Source of the DNA: an uncultured virus (IMG/VR IMGVR_UViG_3300031851_000015)
Taxonomy: Duplodnaviria; Heunggongvirae; Uroviricota; Caudoviricetes
Strand: one strand, 5' to 3'
IMG/VR virus record: IMGVR_UViG_3300031851_000015
DNA length: 20,000 nt
Part shown: positions 5,382 through 14,731 of the stretch, piece by piece
Layout of the letters: each line of letters begins with the position of its first letter
Position numbering within the stretch: position 1 is the first letter of the stretch
Translations under genes and position numbers: made by a program
Notes under the pieces: generated by a model
What the model was told of the DNA's origin: nothing
Database searches by the model: none
What the model saw: the letters and a program-made list of their open reading frames with translations, nothing else

Positions 5382-7247
5382 TTCACAACCACCTGCACCG
5401 CAAGCTAGTGTTTGAGCACCTTCAGTTTCATCTTCAAATTCATAGTTAGGAAGCAAAGAAAAGTCTACTTCAGGGAAAGCATGAACCGCTTTAATATACT
5501 CTTGCTCAGTGCAAGGCGAATAAGGAGCTTGTGCATAAGTATGCTCACTGTAAGGCAAGAAACTAATGCCAGTTACGTTATCAAAGTTCTTGAATACCCA
5601 ATCACCTACCTCTAGCCATTCATGTTCTTTCACATAAATAGTTACTGAAACTGAGTGTTCAGACCACCAAGTTTGATAAGCCAACCAGTTTTCAAGCTGC
5701 TCGATAGCTGTTTGTTCGTTAGCTAGTGTAGCACCTGTTGGTGATTTAATTGGAAAGTAAAATACAGTAGTACGCTCTAAGTTCATAGCGTCTGGTTCGT
5801 TAGGTACACCTTGATCTTTAAGAAGTTGTGTTAAAGGATCATTGTTTGACTGACGAACAGATCGAATATAATAAGGGGCAAAGCGACCATGAATGCCACT
5901 AGCGCTGTCAACAAGCTGGCTAACAGTACCACTTGGCTTAACTGTAGTAATAGCTGTAGCGGGGTTAATAGAAAGCCTTTCGGAATAGTCTCTATTAGTT
6001 TGAATAGCAACATCTTTCATTTCCTTTAACAGCTTTGGATCAGGATTTTGTAACAATTTACAGTCCTGAATACCAGTTAAGCTTACACCTAGTAAGCTTT
6101 CTTCTTCACAATTCTTTTGCCATACTTTACGAACATATTTAAAGTCTGTTAGAGATGCTTGAAACGTACCAAGAATAGTAGCAATACGTACTTTACGCTT
6201 GAGATCTTCTTCTGTGTCATCTACTCGACATACTACTTCCGATAAGTTGCAGAGTTGTCCTGAACGCAATAAGATTTCTGCACAAGGATTAGTGCCACGA
6301 ATTTGTGAACTATCTCTGCGACCCCCGTTAGTATTGCGTTGAGCGCCATAGCGACTATAAATACCACGCTCACCAGAGCCTGATTTCTTAAGCGCTAACC
6401 ACTCTTCCATGAATACATCCATAGAAGGCTTTTGATCATAAGCAGCAGAGTTATTAGCCAAAGCACGTTGTGAGTTATTTTCCCACCACATACCTGATTT
6501 AGCATCCCGCACTTCTGGGTCTGTAAGATCACTTAAAGAAATTAAAGCAGAGCGGCGTACACCGCCTACTACAACAATCTCTGCAATTTTACACACAATA
6601 TCGTGTACTTCAATAGGGCGTAGTTTACGACCTGCTGCGTTCTTAAACGTAGTTGTTACAAACTCAAATAAACGTTTAAGAGGTTCAGGGCCAGAAGCCC
6701 GACCACCCATAGTTTTAAGACGAGCACCTTCTGGTCTAACTTTAGAATAATCCCATTCATGTTCATTTCCTAAATATAAATCTGCTACAAGTTTACGTAA
6801 TCCTTTTGCCCAACCTTCAGCACTATCTTCAATAGAAATAGTACGTTCTGTTTTAACAAATTGATCGTTAATAATAGGTAGTTTATTTACAGCACTAGCT
6901 TCAGCTGAAAAGCCTACACCTGTACCAGCCATAAGAATATAAAGTATTTCATCAAATACTCTAGGATGATCAACTTCTACAAAGCTACAGTTATAGCCTC
7001 GGAAGTGATTTTTTGATAGTGCGTCTCCAGCACTCCACATAGAGCGCATAGAGGGCATGACTTCTTTGTTGTATACAGCATCATGCACCTCTTGGAATTC
7101 CGCATCAGTAATAACATTATTACCAATTTGTTCTTTCCAAAATCCGATGAGTCTATCTACAGTTTCGTTCCACGTTTCGCGCCGATTCCAGTCAGCTATA
7201 AAACGTGAGTATCGTGAAAGATGGATAAAGTCTTCGTAAGCTTTCAT
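5376..7247 (-). CDS. nrdJ: Class II adenosylcobalamin-dependent ribonucleotide reductase (monomeric RTPR-like)
   Basis: YNCS, VVVGGVRRSA, GTNPCAEI (thiyl-radical Cys), CNLSE, TTVKPSGTVSQL and C-terminal CGAGGCEI. No beta-subunit gene in the window. Confidence 0.92.
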   Translation of the reverse strand: MKAYEDFIHLSRYSRFIADWNRRETWNETVDRLIGFWKEQIGNNVITDAEFQEVHDAVYNKEVMPSMRSMWSAGDALSKNHFRGYNCSFVEVDHPRVFDEILYILMAGTGVGFSAEASAVNKLPIINDQFVKTERTISIEDSAEGWAKGLRKLVADLYLGNEHEWDYSKVRPEGARLKTMGGRASGPEPLKRLFEFVTTTFKNAAGRKLRPIEVHDIVCKIAEIVVVGGVRRSALISLSDLTDPEVRDAKSGMWWENNSQRALANNSAAYDQKPSMDVFMEEWLALKKSGSGERGIYSRYGAQRNTNGGRRDSSQIRGTNPCAEILLRSGQLCNLSEVVCRVDDTEEDLKRKVRIATILGTFQASLTDFKYVRKVWQKNCEEESLLGVSLTGIQDCKLLQNPDPKLLKEMKDVAIQTNRDYSERLSINPATAITTVKPSGTVSQLVDSASGIHGRFAPYYIRSVRQSNNDPLTQLLKDQGVPNEPDAMNLERTTVFYFPIKSPTGATLANEQTAIEQLENWLAYQTWWSEHSVSVTIYVKEHEWLEVGDWVFKNFDNVTGISFLPYSEHTYAQAPYSPCTEQEYIKAVHAFPEVDFSLLPNYEFEDETEGAQTLACGAGGCEI

Positions 7248-7253
7248 AGTAAG

Positions 7254-7499
7254 CTACTCCTGTTCGTTTTCGTTAAAATATTTAAATGAATCCAACGGTT
7301 TAACCACTGGTTTTTTCTTTTTAGGTTTTGATTTAGGCTTTAATACCTCTGAATACCACATAGTGCTAATAACATCTAATGCGGCTTGTGGGTATAGTTT
7401 TCTAATATTAGGATTAAGAAGCCATTTATCAAAGTCTTCGTTTGAAAACCCTTTTTTCTTAAGCGAGTTATAAACCGCTGTCATTGTTTGAGTATACAT
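7254..7499 (-). CDS. Hypothetical basic protein (81 aa)
   Basis: ORF track; TAATG coupling at 7499. Confidence 0.7.
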   Translation of the reverse strand: MYTQTMTAVYNSLKKKGFSNEDFDKWLLNPNIRKLYPQAALDVISTMWYSEVLKPKSKPKKKKPVVKPLDSFKYFNENEQE

Positions 7500-7753
7500 T
7501 AATGCATATTCCTTTTTGATTGTAAGTGTGAATTCATTATCGTGTCTGCAAAATAATAAAACCTGTCACCTAACTCTGTACTTTGTTCGTTAATGTTGTG
7601 AAAAGAATTAACTATCTTTTCTATAAAGTCCATTACATTAGGATTAATTTCTGATACATCTGCACCACCATCTAGTAGTTGCAATATTATAGACATCCAA
7701 AACTCGTCTGGTGGAGAATCAAACTCGCTCAAAGTTCTCTTCGTTGAATTCAT
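7499..7753 (-). CDS. Hypothetical protein (84 aa)
   Basis: ORF track; overlaps the helicase 3' end. Confidence 0.7.
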   Translation of the reverse strand: MNSTKRTLSEFDSPPDEFWMSIILQLLDGGADVSEINPNVMDFIEKIVNSFHNINEQSTELGDRFYYFADTIMNSHLQSKRNMH

Positions 7754-9356
7754 CGGAACCCTTTCTTAATCTGCCTGTGTCAAAGTTATAAAACATAGAA
7801 CCTGATGGGCCAGTTAAGCCTGTGTATCTACATTTAAGAACTTTAGTCCTAATAGTATTTCTTTCTTCTTCACTTTCTGAACCTACGTTTCTAGCAAAAG
7901 CAATAATATCCATACTAATTTGTTTAATACTACCAGAGCCACGAATATCATCCATAGAGGGTAGTTTACCTTCTTCAAAGCTTTTACCTTTGTTATCTGT
8001 TTTACGCAAATGGCTAATAAGACCTAGCCATACGTTATACTTCTTAACCAACCGTAAAAGGTCATTCATAATTTTATCTATCGCTTCATTTCCGGTGAGT
8101 CCTTCAGTTCCTTCAGAAGCAAGTATAGTAATGTGGTCCACAAAGAGATACTTACAACCGCTAAGACACATATACTCAAGAAAATCCATGATGGAGCCAT
8201 CAGATATAGAACCTTGATGATCAAGGACCATAACACGGTTATCACTGAAAATAGTATCAAATCCTTCTTTAAGTTCATCTATAGGGATCTCCTCTTTGGC
8301 AGGGTTTCTACTAAGAGCCATTCCAGACATTTTTCTTGCAGTTTCAGCGGGACTTTCTTCCAGACTGATAAGGCCGATTTTATCTTCAGTTCTTTCAAGA
8401 AGATGTACAGCAATTTCCCGAAGAAGCGTACTTTTACCTGATCCGGTTCCGCTAGTCCAGAGAGTGATTTCTCCGAATCGCATACCCTTAAGCTTCTCAT
8501 TAAGACCTTCCATAAAGTCGGGATAAGGTACAGATTCAATTTCATTGTAAGCCTCCAGTTGAGTCCATAGTTCATCTTTAGTAAGAATACCTGCAGGTGT
8601 GTAGTCTACAGCATCGTAGATCACTTTTAATACTTTGTCAGGGTCTTTTATCCAAAGATCACTAGCATCTTTCTCTGATGATTTAGCTATCTTAATCTTA
8701 TCATAACCTATTATACGAGCAGCTTCTTTTACTGCTTTTTCGCCAGCTTCGTCCTTATCAAGCCATAAAATAACTTCATCAAAGTTACGAATCCAATCAC
8801 GACATTCGATAAGATCTCGTATAGAACTAGCACTACGAATACTAACCACAGGATAAAAAGTTTTATACTTCTTATACCAAGCTGATTGGACTGCCATAGC
8901 ATCTAGCTCACCCTCCGTTATTACTAATCTTTTACCACCGTTGTAGAGTTGTTGTCCAAATAGTCCACCTTTAACGGTACCACATGAGGTAAAGGTTTTG
9001 GGTAGATCTCTGACTTTGTAACCGGAGATCTTGTTGCCCACATAATAAGGATAGTAATGGCTAGAAATATCTCCGTCGATATTATAAGATACTTTAACAC
9101 CGTAATGCTCCGATACTTGTTTATAAATGTTTCTTTCTTTAAAGCCACGTATCGGATAGTCTTCTGTAATTTCTTCTACCGTATCATTATTAACTGCTAC
9201 CCATTGTGTTTCTACTGGTTGCATGTTGCCCTCCTTTGGGGCAGGGAAAGAGGCTCTACAAGAAAAACAAAATGCAGAGCCTTCTTCATAAATTTGTTTG
9301 GCATCTGAACTGCCACACTTTTCACATGGTTGATTACGAGTGACTATTGTCCCCAT
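7719..9356 (-). CDS. T7 gp4-like DNA primase-helicase
   Basis: N-terminal Zn finger CEKC..CFSC, TOPRIM motifs (ITEGELDA, LDKDEAG), Walker A GTGSGKST, FVDH, SHLRK and DIRGSGSIKQ. Confidence 0.95.
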   Translation of the reverse strand: MGTIVTRNQPCEKCGSSDAKQIYEEGSAFCFSCRASFPAPKEGNMQPVETQWVAVNNDTVEEITEDYPIRGFKERNIYKQVSEHYGVKVSYNIDGDISSHYYPYYVGNKISGYKVRDLPKTFTSCGTVKGGLFGQQLYNGGKRLVITEGELDAMAVQSAWYKKYKTFYPVVSIRSASSIRDLIECRDWIRNFDEVILWLDKDEAGEKAVKEAARIIGYDKIKIAKSSEKDASDLWIKDPDKVLKVIYDAVDYTPAGILTKDELWTQLEAYNEIESVPYPDFMEGLNEKLKGMRFGEITLWTSGTGSGKSTLLREIAVHLLERTEDKIGLISLEESPAETARKMSGMALSRNPAKEEIPIDELKEGFDTIFSDNRVMVLDHQGSISDGSIMDFLEYMCLSGCKYLFVDHITILASEGTEGLTGNEAIDKIMNDLLRLVKKYNVWLGLISHLRKTDNKGKSFEEGKLPSMDDIRGSGSIKQISMDIIAFARNVGSESEEERNTIRTKVLKCRYTGLTGPSGSMFYNFDTGRLRKGSDEFNEENFERV

Positions 9357-9528
9357 CATCTGCTCCTATATGTGCTGTGAATTTAGACATTTCTTGAAAC
9401 AATAAAAAGAATATAATACTTGTAATAGGATTAACTAAGTGATAACCCATAATTTCTGAGACTAAAGTAAAGGCTAATAAACCTACACTTACAATCCACA
9501 GGGCTACTGCCATTGGTGATACTTCCAT
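9334..9528 (-). CDS. Small two-TM membrane protein
   Basis: 64 aa with two hydrophobic segments; translationally coupled to its neighbours. Confidence 0.65.
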   Translation of the reverse strand: MEVSPMAVALWIVSVGLLAFTLVSEIMGYHLVNPITSIIFFLLFQEMSKFTAHIGADDGDNSHS

Positions 9529-9992
9529 TATAAAAACCTTTTCTTTAATACATTAACATACCTCTTGGTTTTTGTAGTAGGAAACTCTTTTGGTACAAAC
9601 CTAATAGCAGCAATTTGTCTATTGTAAAACCTAGGTGTAACATTGTCAGGTAAATACTCTGTCATACAATCAGATAACATTTGAAGGTAAGCTTCTGCAT
9701 AATACAGTCCACCTTTAGTTTTATAAAGGTCTACAATCTCAAATCTAAAGTTATCTTTTTTGTACTTGCCAATATCTTGTTTTAAAGCTTTAGAAGAACC
9801 TACATAGGTTTTCCATGTCATTGCTTTACCATAAGTCCTAGACTTCTTTTTACCACCATGCCAAAATTGTTTCTTTCCAATATAATACTGTTTAGTAGCT
9901 AAATTTTCTATACAATATACAAAGCCAAACCAATCACTAGGATCAAACTTTTTATTATATTCCCAGTGACCCTTATCTGTTAACATAAGCAT
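9528..9992 (-). CDS. GIY-YIG family endonuclease
   Basis: GFVY...YYIGKK motif pair, YVGSS, FRFEI, conserved E (YYAEAY) and FYN. Start probably ATG at 9992 or 9986. Confidence 0.8.
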   Translation of the reverse strand: MLMLTDKGHWEYNKKFDPSDWFGFVYCIENLATKQYYIGKKQFWHGGKKKSRTYGKAMTWKTYVGSSKALKQDIGKYKKDNFRFEIVDLYKTKGGLYYAEAYLQMLSDCMTEYLPDNVTPRFYNRQIAAIRFVPKEFPTTKTKRYVNVLKKRFL

Positions 9993-10686
9993 TATACTTT
10001 TCTTTTGGCAGAATAAAATGATCGTCTTGTTTACGCCAGATATGCAATAGCTTGCCATTCGCTAACATATGAGCGTGACCTTCATCAATGTAAAAATCAT
10101 TGTATGCCTTACAAACAATTTCTTTTCGATGCGCAGGTAACGTTGTACCTTCAAGCATTTTTTCAGCTTTCTTAGGTCCAATTTTAGGAATACCTGGGAT
10201 ATTGTCTACACTATCACCCATAAGTAATTGTTTCCAATAGAAATAATCAGCATAGTCTTTGTCAATTATATAAGTTTCTTTTTTACGAGGATTGTAGTGA
10301 AGACCTTCAATGCAGTCTAAGTCCTTATCTACAGTAACAATTGCATAAGGTTGTTTACATTCGTTGGCCCAAATGCGAACCATGTCATCAGCTTCACAAT
10401 TATCTGTTAGTATACAACCTTCATACTCGTTTACAACATCTGATTTCAAATCTAAGAACCAGTCTGGTCTTGTAGATTTTGACTTTGATCGATTAGCTTT
10501 ATACTCAGGGTATACGTCTACTCTAAAGTTATCAGGACCACCTAAGGCCATAACATAATCAGTTGTAAATAAGTCTTCTAGTATAGCAGTAAAAAGACTA
10601 TCAAAGTTTTCTCGTGCTTCTTCTTTGGTTTCTGCACCCCATATACTCATGTATAGTAGTACATCACCATCAACAATAGCTAACAT
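9973..10686 (-). CDS. T7 gp6-like 5'-3' exonuclease
   Basis: IVDGD, FR..YPEYKANR, EADD, DKDL and GDSVDNIPGIPKIGPKKA (H3TH) motifs. Confidence 0.93.
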   Translation of the reverse strand: MLAIVDGDVLLYMSIWGAETKEEARENFDSLFTAILEDLFTTDYVMALGGPDNFRVDVYPEYKANRSKSKSTRPDWFLDLKSDVVNEYEGCILTDNCEADDMVRIWANECKQPYAIVTVDKDLDCIEGLHYNPRKKETYIIDKDYADYFYWKQLLMGDSVDNIPGIPKIGPKKAEKMLEGTTLPAHRKEIVCKAYNDFYIDEGHAHMLANGKLLHIWRKQDDHFILPKEKYNAYVNR

Positions 10687-10701
10687 AGTAGCTCCTTTAT
10701 A

Positions 10702-10724
10702 TTGTTCTTTAACGTCAGGTATTA
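10702..10724 (-). promoter_or_regulatory. Putative phage RNAP promoter TAATACCTGACGTTAAA|GAACAA
   Basis: 23 nt (10701-10723) identical to 17390-17412; intergenic, directly upstream of the exonuclease RBS (AAGGAG); predicted +1 at 10707. Confidence 0.88.
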
Positions 10725-10725
10725 T

Positions 10726-10893
10726 TTACTCTTCGTTTTCTTCGGCTTCTATGCCTCTGCGAACTAACTCAAGAAAACCCATGTTAAAAATTTGAGCAAA
10801 AGTTTCTTTGTCAAGATCTAACTCTAATGTTGCAGATCCATCTTCATGTTCATCAATAGAAGCTACATGAATGCTGTATACTTTACTTTCCAT
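10726..10893 (-). CDS. Acidic hypothetical protein (55 aa, not in ORF track)
   Basis: MESKVYSIHVASIDEHEDGSATLELDLDKETFAQIFNMGFLELVRRGIEAEENEE*; GAGG RBS. Confidence 0.7.
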   Translation of the reverse strand: MESKVYSIHVASIDEHEDGSATLELDLDKETFAQIFNMGFLELVRRGIEAEENEE

Positions 10894-11140
10894 TTAATGC
10901 CCTCTTTTCAAGCTTGTTAATGTTTCTTAGCATAATATCATCTAAGTTTAATCCTGCATTATCAGTTAAAACAGTAACATACCATAATACATCACCTAGC
11001 TCATCAATAAGATTCTCACGGCTAGTAGCATTACATACTTCTTCTACTTCTTCACGAATACCTGCTTTTAAGTTGTCAGCGTGTACGTGGGTGTCACCAT
11101 AAAATTGAACAGCTAATGATTGATATAATTCGTTATTCAT
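10883..11140 (-). CDS. MazG-like nucleotide pyrophosphohydrolase
   Basis: EEVEEV...DELGDVLWYV...NINKLEKR motifs of the all-alpha NTP-PPase family. Confidence 0.88.
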   Translation of the reverse strand: MNNELYQSLAVQFYGDTHVHADNLKAGIREEVEEVCNATSRENLIDELGDVLWYVTVLTDNAGLNLDDIMLRNINKLEKRALNGK

Positions 11141-11379
11141 TTTTTATCCTTAATAAGCTCTAATTTAAATAAACCTTCAGGGCTGTTAACAGCAGCAACA
11201 ATATCAAGTAATTGTTGAAACGTCATTACGACAACATCAAACTCGTTTTTGTATTCTTGCCACTGTCTAACAAACACAGTAGAATTATCACCAATAATAA
11301 CTTGAACGTCTTCTTGGTCATCATCCTCTGACATAGTAGTTATAACAGCATCGTCATCAATAAACTCTACTGTATACAT
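11137..11379 (-). CDS. Acidic hypothetical protein (80 aa)
   Basis: ORF track; ATGA and TAATG couplings on either side. Confidence 0.72.
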   Translation of the reverse strand: MYTVEFIDDDAVITTMSEDDDQEDVQVIIGDNSTVFVRQWQEYKNEFDVVVMTFQQLLDIVAAVNSPEGLFKLELIKDKK

Positions 11380-11660
11380 TATTCTTCCTCTTCTTTTTTT
11401 GCTGCTGTATAACCATCATCCCAACCATCGTCATAACCGTCTTCACGACCGTTTTCAAAACCGCTTTCATAGCCGTTTTCGTACCATTCTTCTGCTTCTG
11501 TACTTTTTTGACTTGTTGTAATTTCAATGCAATCAGCTTCTAAATCTTCAATATCTTTTATTAAATCTCGACTTAGCTCAATACCTTGAAATTTAAGCTC
11601 TTCAAAAAATTTACTGAAATGGTTTTGAATCATAACTTCCATAGATGTAGTAATACTCAT
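11379..11660 (-). CDS. Acidic hypothetical protein with G[YFW]xxG repeats
   Basis: GYESGFENGREDGYDDGWDDGY; the ATG at 11660 is better spaced from AAGGAG than the one at 11666. Confidence 0.72.
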   Translation of the reverse strand: MSITTSMEVMIQNHFSKFFEELKFQGIELSRDLIKDIEDLEADCIEITTSQKSTEAEEWYENGYESGFENGREDGYDDGWDDGYTAAKKEEEE

Positions 11661-11809
11661 TGGCATGTCTCCTTATTAGCCTTACGAAGTCTTTTATTAT
11701 AAGCGCGTTTAATCTTTTTTAAGTCTCCTCTTTTAAAGTTAAGAAATTTACGAGATTTGCTAAAAGCATCCATCTCAGCTCCAGACTTTAAAGGAACTCG
11801 TTTGATCAT
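11657..11809 (-). CDS. Small basic protein (50 aa, not in ORF track)
   Basis: MIKRVPLKSGAEMDAFSKSRKFLNFKRGDLKKIKRAYNKRLRKANKETCQ*; ATGA overlaps at both ends. Confidence 0.65.
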   Translation of the reverse strand: MIKRVPLKSGAEMDAFSKSRKFLNFKRGDLKKIKRAYNKRLRKANKETCQ

Positions 11810-11892
11810 TTATTCATCTCACTTATTACTATCCACATAAATCCTAAAATTAAAAATAGTAAAATAGAGCCGCCCATAAATGCTTCAGTCAT
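11806..11892 (-). CDS. Membrane micropeptide (28 aa, not in ORF track)
   Basis: MTEAFMGGSILLFLILGFMWIVISEMNK*; AGGAG RBS; ATGA overlap with the next gene. Confidence 0.6.
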   Translation of the reverse strand: MTEAFMGGSILLFLILGFMWIVISEMNK

Positions 11893-12040
11893 TATTAACT
11901 CCTATGCATGGTAACAGTATTGTTTGCTTACAATACTTTGGATAGTCATCGTATGTCATAGCTATAAGTACGGGTGGTGCTGCAATTAATAAAACAACAA
12001 TTGCTGCTGCTTTAATTGCTCCATCAATATTACCCCTCAT
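11885..12040 (-). CDS. Small membrane protein (51 aa, not in ORF track)
   Basis: MRGNIDGAIKAAAIVVLLIAAPPVLIAMTYDDYPKYCKQTILLPCIGVNND*; AAGGA RBS. Confidence 0.65.
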   Translation of the reverse strand: MRGNIDGAIKAAAIVVLLIAAPPVLIAMTYDDYPKYCKQTILLPCIGVNND

Positions 12041-12054
12041 CTTTTTCCTTTTCT

Positions 12055-12309
12055 TTAATCAGTGTAGTTGGGTTTAACTTTGTAGTGCTCATGAATACTC
12101 TTCTTTACGTTAGATTTCATACGTTTAACTTCTAACGCGTGTTGATACTCAGGTTTATCTAATAAAACTTCCATAAACTCTTCAATAGCTTTTACTCTAG
12201 CTTCTAAAGATTTTTTAGGAAAATTACCAAAAGGGTCATGCATATTAGCCATCGATCTTTCTTTAGCTCTATTTCTTTCTTCATCGTCAAAAGGTCTAAT
12301 GAACGTCAT
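12055..12309 (-). CDS. Hypothetical protein
   Basis: ORF track; the ATG at 12309 is properly spaced from AGGAG. Confidence 0.7.
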   Translation of the reverse strand: MTFIRPFDDEERNRAKERSMANMHDPFGNFPKKSLEARVKAIEEFMEVLLDKPEYQHALEVKRMKSNVKKSIHEHYKVKPNYTD

Positions 12310-14137
12310 AATAGTCATCTCCTATTTTACAATCACCACAAGTCATAATGTTAATACCATATTGTTTAGGGGCGTCTTCAAAGCATTTAATAATGATTTC
12401 TTTAGCTTGTTTTGCCTCGTTTTCTTTAACTTCTACAGTATGTTCATCATGATAAAACAACAAATGTTTAAAATCAATCTTATTTTCTTTTAAACGTTTA
12501 TCAATAAGGTCAACAGTAGCTTTCATAACTACTGCTTCAGCACCTTGAATAAGATAGTTAAGAGCTTTATGTTTTTCAGATGGATCTAAACATATCTTTC
12601 TATCATCCAAGCCTGGAATAAATCCTTGTTTTTCTATTAATCCATTGACTTTATCAACTAGCTTAGCTAAAGCAGGTAAAGCTTTTTTATATCGATGCAT
12701 AGCTGATCTTGCTTGACTTACTGTTTGATCAATATACCCACTAAGTTTTTGAGCACCAGCACCATAAAGATAAGCAAAGATAAATCGTTTAGCTTGATCA
12801 CGGGTGCAGCCAATAATATCTGCATTCATTTGATGGATATCACCGTTAAGCACTGTATCAGTAAACTTAGAATCATCCATGTAGTGTGCTAAGAGACGAA
12901 GCTGACAAGCAGCTGAATCAGCACTAACAAGTTTATAGCCGCTAGGGGTAACAAAAAGTCTCCTAAATTCGGGACCAAGGGTTGCTTTTCCTGAAGGGAG
13001 GTTAGCAATGATTTTGTGGGTTTGTCGAAAAGTAGGTGTACCAATATTAAAAACGTCACCATGTAACCTACTATTATTATCCACATGCTCAAACCACCCT
13101 TCAAGTATTGATTTACGAGATCTAAGAGTATAATACTCCATTAATGATTGTCCCACTTCCCCAAGTGGTTCCAAGGAATTATCGGAGAGTTTTGGAGATA
13201 CCTTGATGAATTCTCCATTGACTCTTTTCCAATTCCATTCGTCCGGTTTCCATCCGATTGAATAGAGGTAACGTTTAACCGTATCAGTATTACCAATGTC
13301 ACCAATAACAAAATCAATCCGAGAGTAATTAGCCCAAACGGGGCAAGTATCAACAGTGGTGCCATCAGGAAGCCCAAACCAACGCTGTATGTGCGAACTA
13401 AGTCTTCCTGCCTTCGTGTAAGTCGGTTTCTTTTCGATTGCATAGCGTTTTCCTGTAATTGGTTCGTGTTCTTTCTTTGTATCAGGATCAACTACTTTTA
13501 CAGAAGCACTTAGTTTAGGATTAATAAAGTCAGAAATAATCTTCATCTTTTTATCAATTGTAACTAATAAATCTTCTGCGGCTGATTTATCAAATTTCCA
13601 ACCATTCTGGCATTGCTCTACCATAATCTTATCTAGATTCATTTCAGAGCGTAATGCTTTTAATACTGCTTTTGACTTAGTATTTTTAACGTAAGTCTGT
13701 AATTCTTTTAACAAGTACTTGTAAACTTTAGTACCAAGACGAACATCTTGTTGCATGTATACAAACATTTCTTCGTTAAATTCTTCAAAGCCCGATGAAT
13801 AATCCCCTTTATTATCGTTAAAGAATTCACCCCATATCTTTAAAGAATGGCCAAATCCAAATCTACGATAGTTAAGGACTTGAGACATAACTTTAGTACA
13901 ATGTACTGTGGCTTTAGGTTGCCAACCTGTTAGTTTAGTTAAAGCAGGAATATCATAGCCAAAAGCATTATGAGCCACAATAGTATCTGCTTTATCTAGT
14001 AGTTCTAAGAACTCATTAAGCTGATGAGGTCGAAACCAGTATTCTTTACCAGTATCGACATCGATAGCACCAGCGCAATGAAACTTAGACAGTTTTGGCA
14101 GAAGATTATCTGCCTCTATGTCAAAGACTAGTCTCAT
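12296..14137 (-). CDS. polA: Family A DNA polymerase with 3'-5' exonuclease (T7 gp5-like)
   Basis: ExoI FDIEAD, ExoII HNAFGYD, ExoIII YMQQD; motif A SADSAACQLRLLAHY, motif B RDQAKRFIFAYLYG, motif C YHDE. Confidence 0.95.
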   Translation of the reverse strand: MRLVFDIEADNLLPKLSKFHCAGAIDVDTGKEYWFRPHQLNEFLELLDKADTIVAHNAFGYDIPALTKLTGWQPKATVHCTKVMSQVLNYRRFGFGHSLKIWGEFFNDNKGDYSSGFEEFNEEMFVYMQQDVRLGTKVYKYLLKELQTYVKNTKSKAVLKALRSEMNLDKIMVEQCQNGWKFDKSAAEDLLVTIDKKMKIISDFINPKLSASVKVVDPDTKKEHEPITGKRYAIEKKPTYTKAGRLSSHIQRWFGLPDGTTVDTCPVWANYSRIDFVIGDIGNTDTVKRYLYSIGWKPDEWNWKRVNGEFIKVSPKLSDNSLEPLGEVGQSLMEYYTLRSRKSILEGWFEHVDNNSRLHGDVFNIGTPTFRQTHKIIANLPSGKATLGPEFRRLFVTPSGYKLVSADSAACQLRLLAHYMDDSKFTDTVLNGDIHQMNADIIGCTRDQAKRFIFAYLYGAGAQKLSGYIDQTVSQARSAMHRYKKALPALAKLVDKVNGLIEKQGFIPGLDDRKICLDPSEKHKALNYLIQGAEAVVMKATVDLIDKRLKENKIDFKHLLFYHDEHTVEVKENEAKQAKEIIIKCFEDAPKQYGINIMTCGDCKIGDDYYDVH

Positions 14138-14318
14138 CAACTTTCCTCATTTCTTTAGCCATACTATAAAGAAGAAACGCCATTTGATCTCCATTGTTTT
14201 CATGAATATTTTTTAGCCAAAACTGTGAAGCCCAATACTCTAAAGAGTCTGCTAGGCTCGAATAGCTAGTTTCATCCATTTCAAAACTTAATTTTTCAAG
14301 ATCTACGGTATTGCTCAT
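14121..14318 (-). CDS. Hypothetical protein (65 aa)
   Basis: ORF track; GGAGG RBS. Confidence 0.72.
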   Translation of the reverse strand: MSNTVDLEKLSFEMDETSYSSLADSLEYWASQFWLKNIHENNGDQMAFLLYSMAKEMRKVDETSL

Positions 14319-14454
14319 CCATTACCTCCACTTCGGCTTCTTTATAAAAATCATATGCCTCGTACGCTCTGGCTACTGCACTTGCAATAGAATGATCGGG
14401 ATGTTGGTTACGATACATTCTTGCTATTCTCTTAATAAAACTATAATCAATCAC
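14296..14454 (-). CDS. Hypothetical protein (52 aa, not in ORF track)
   Basis: GTG start after AGGAG; MIDYSFIKRIARMYRNQHPDHSIASAVARAYEAYDFYKEAEVEVMDEQYRRS*. Confidence 0.6.
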   Translation of the reverse strand: MIDYSFIKRIARMYRNQHPDHSIASAVARAYEAYDFYKEAEVEVMDEQYRRS

Positions 14455-14731
14455 CTAATAGATCTCCTAATAATAAATGTGCATCATTAATCTTTTTAAA
14501 TACTTCATCTACTGTATGAGATTCATAGTCTCCAGTTTCATGCAAGTAATGCAACGCAGAAGATAAAGACTTTTGTACTCGTTTTAAATCTGGTTTAACT
14601 TTTTCCAAAGCTTCTTTTTGCTCATCATAACCTGAATCCCAATTATCAATTTCTTCTTGAGTTAACATTTTAGTACCTCCAAAGTCCATATTTTCTACAA
14701 AATCAGGCCACGTATTCGTATTCTGTGTCAT
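14447..14731 (-). CDS. Hypothetical protein
   Basis: ORF track; GGAG RBS; a possible internal start follows GGAGG at MLTQEE. Confidence 0.68.
   Translation of the reverse strand: MTQNTNTWPDFVENMDFGGTKMLTQEEIDNWDSGYDEQKEALEKVKPDLKRVQKSLSSALHYLHETGDYESHTVDEVFKKINDAHLLLGDLLGD

Noticed and set aside
6640..6650. Partial promoter match ttcttaaacgt inside nrdJ
   Set aside because: It lacks the CCTG core and TAATAC element and is intragenic.
13816..13825. CGTTAAAGAA on the plus strand inside polA
   Set aside because: Only the 3' half of the motif, in antisense orientation; likely chance in AT-rich DNA.
5376..14137. Inteins or introns in nrdJ, the helicase or polA
   Set aside because: The ORFs are continuous and of ordinary length, with no splicing motifs seen.
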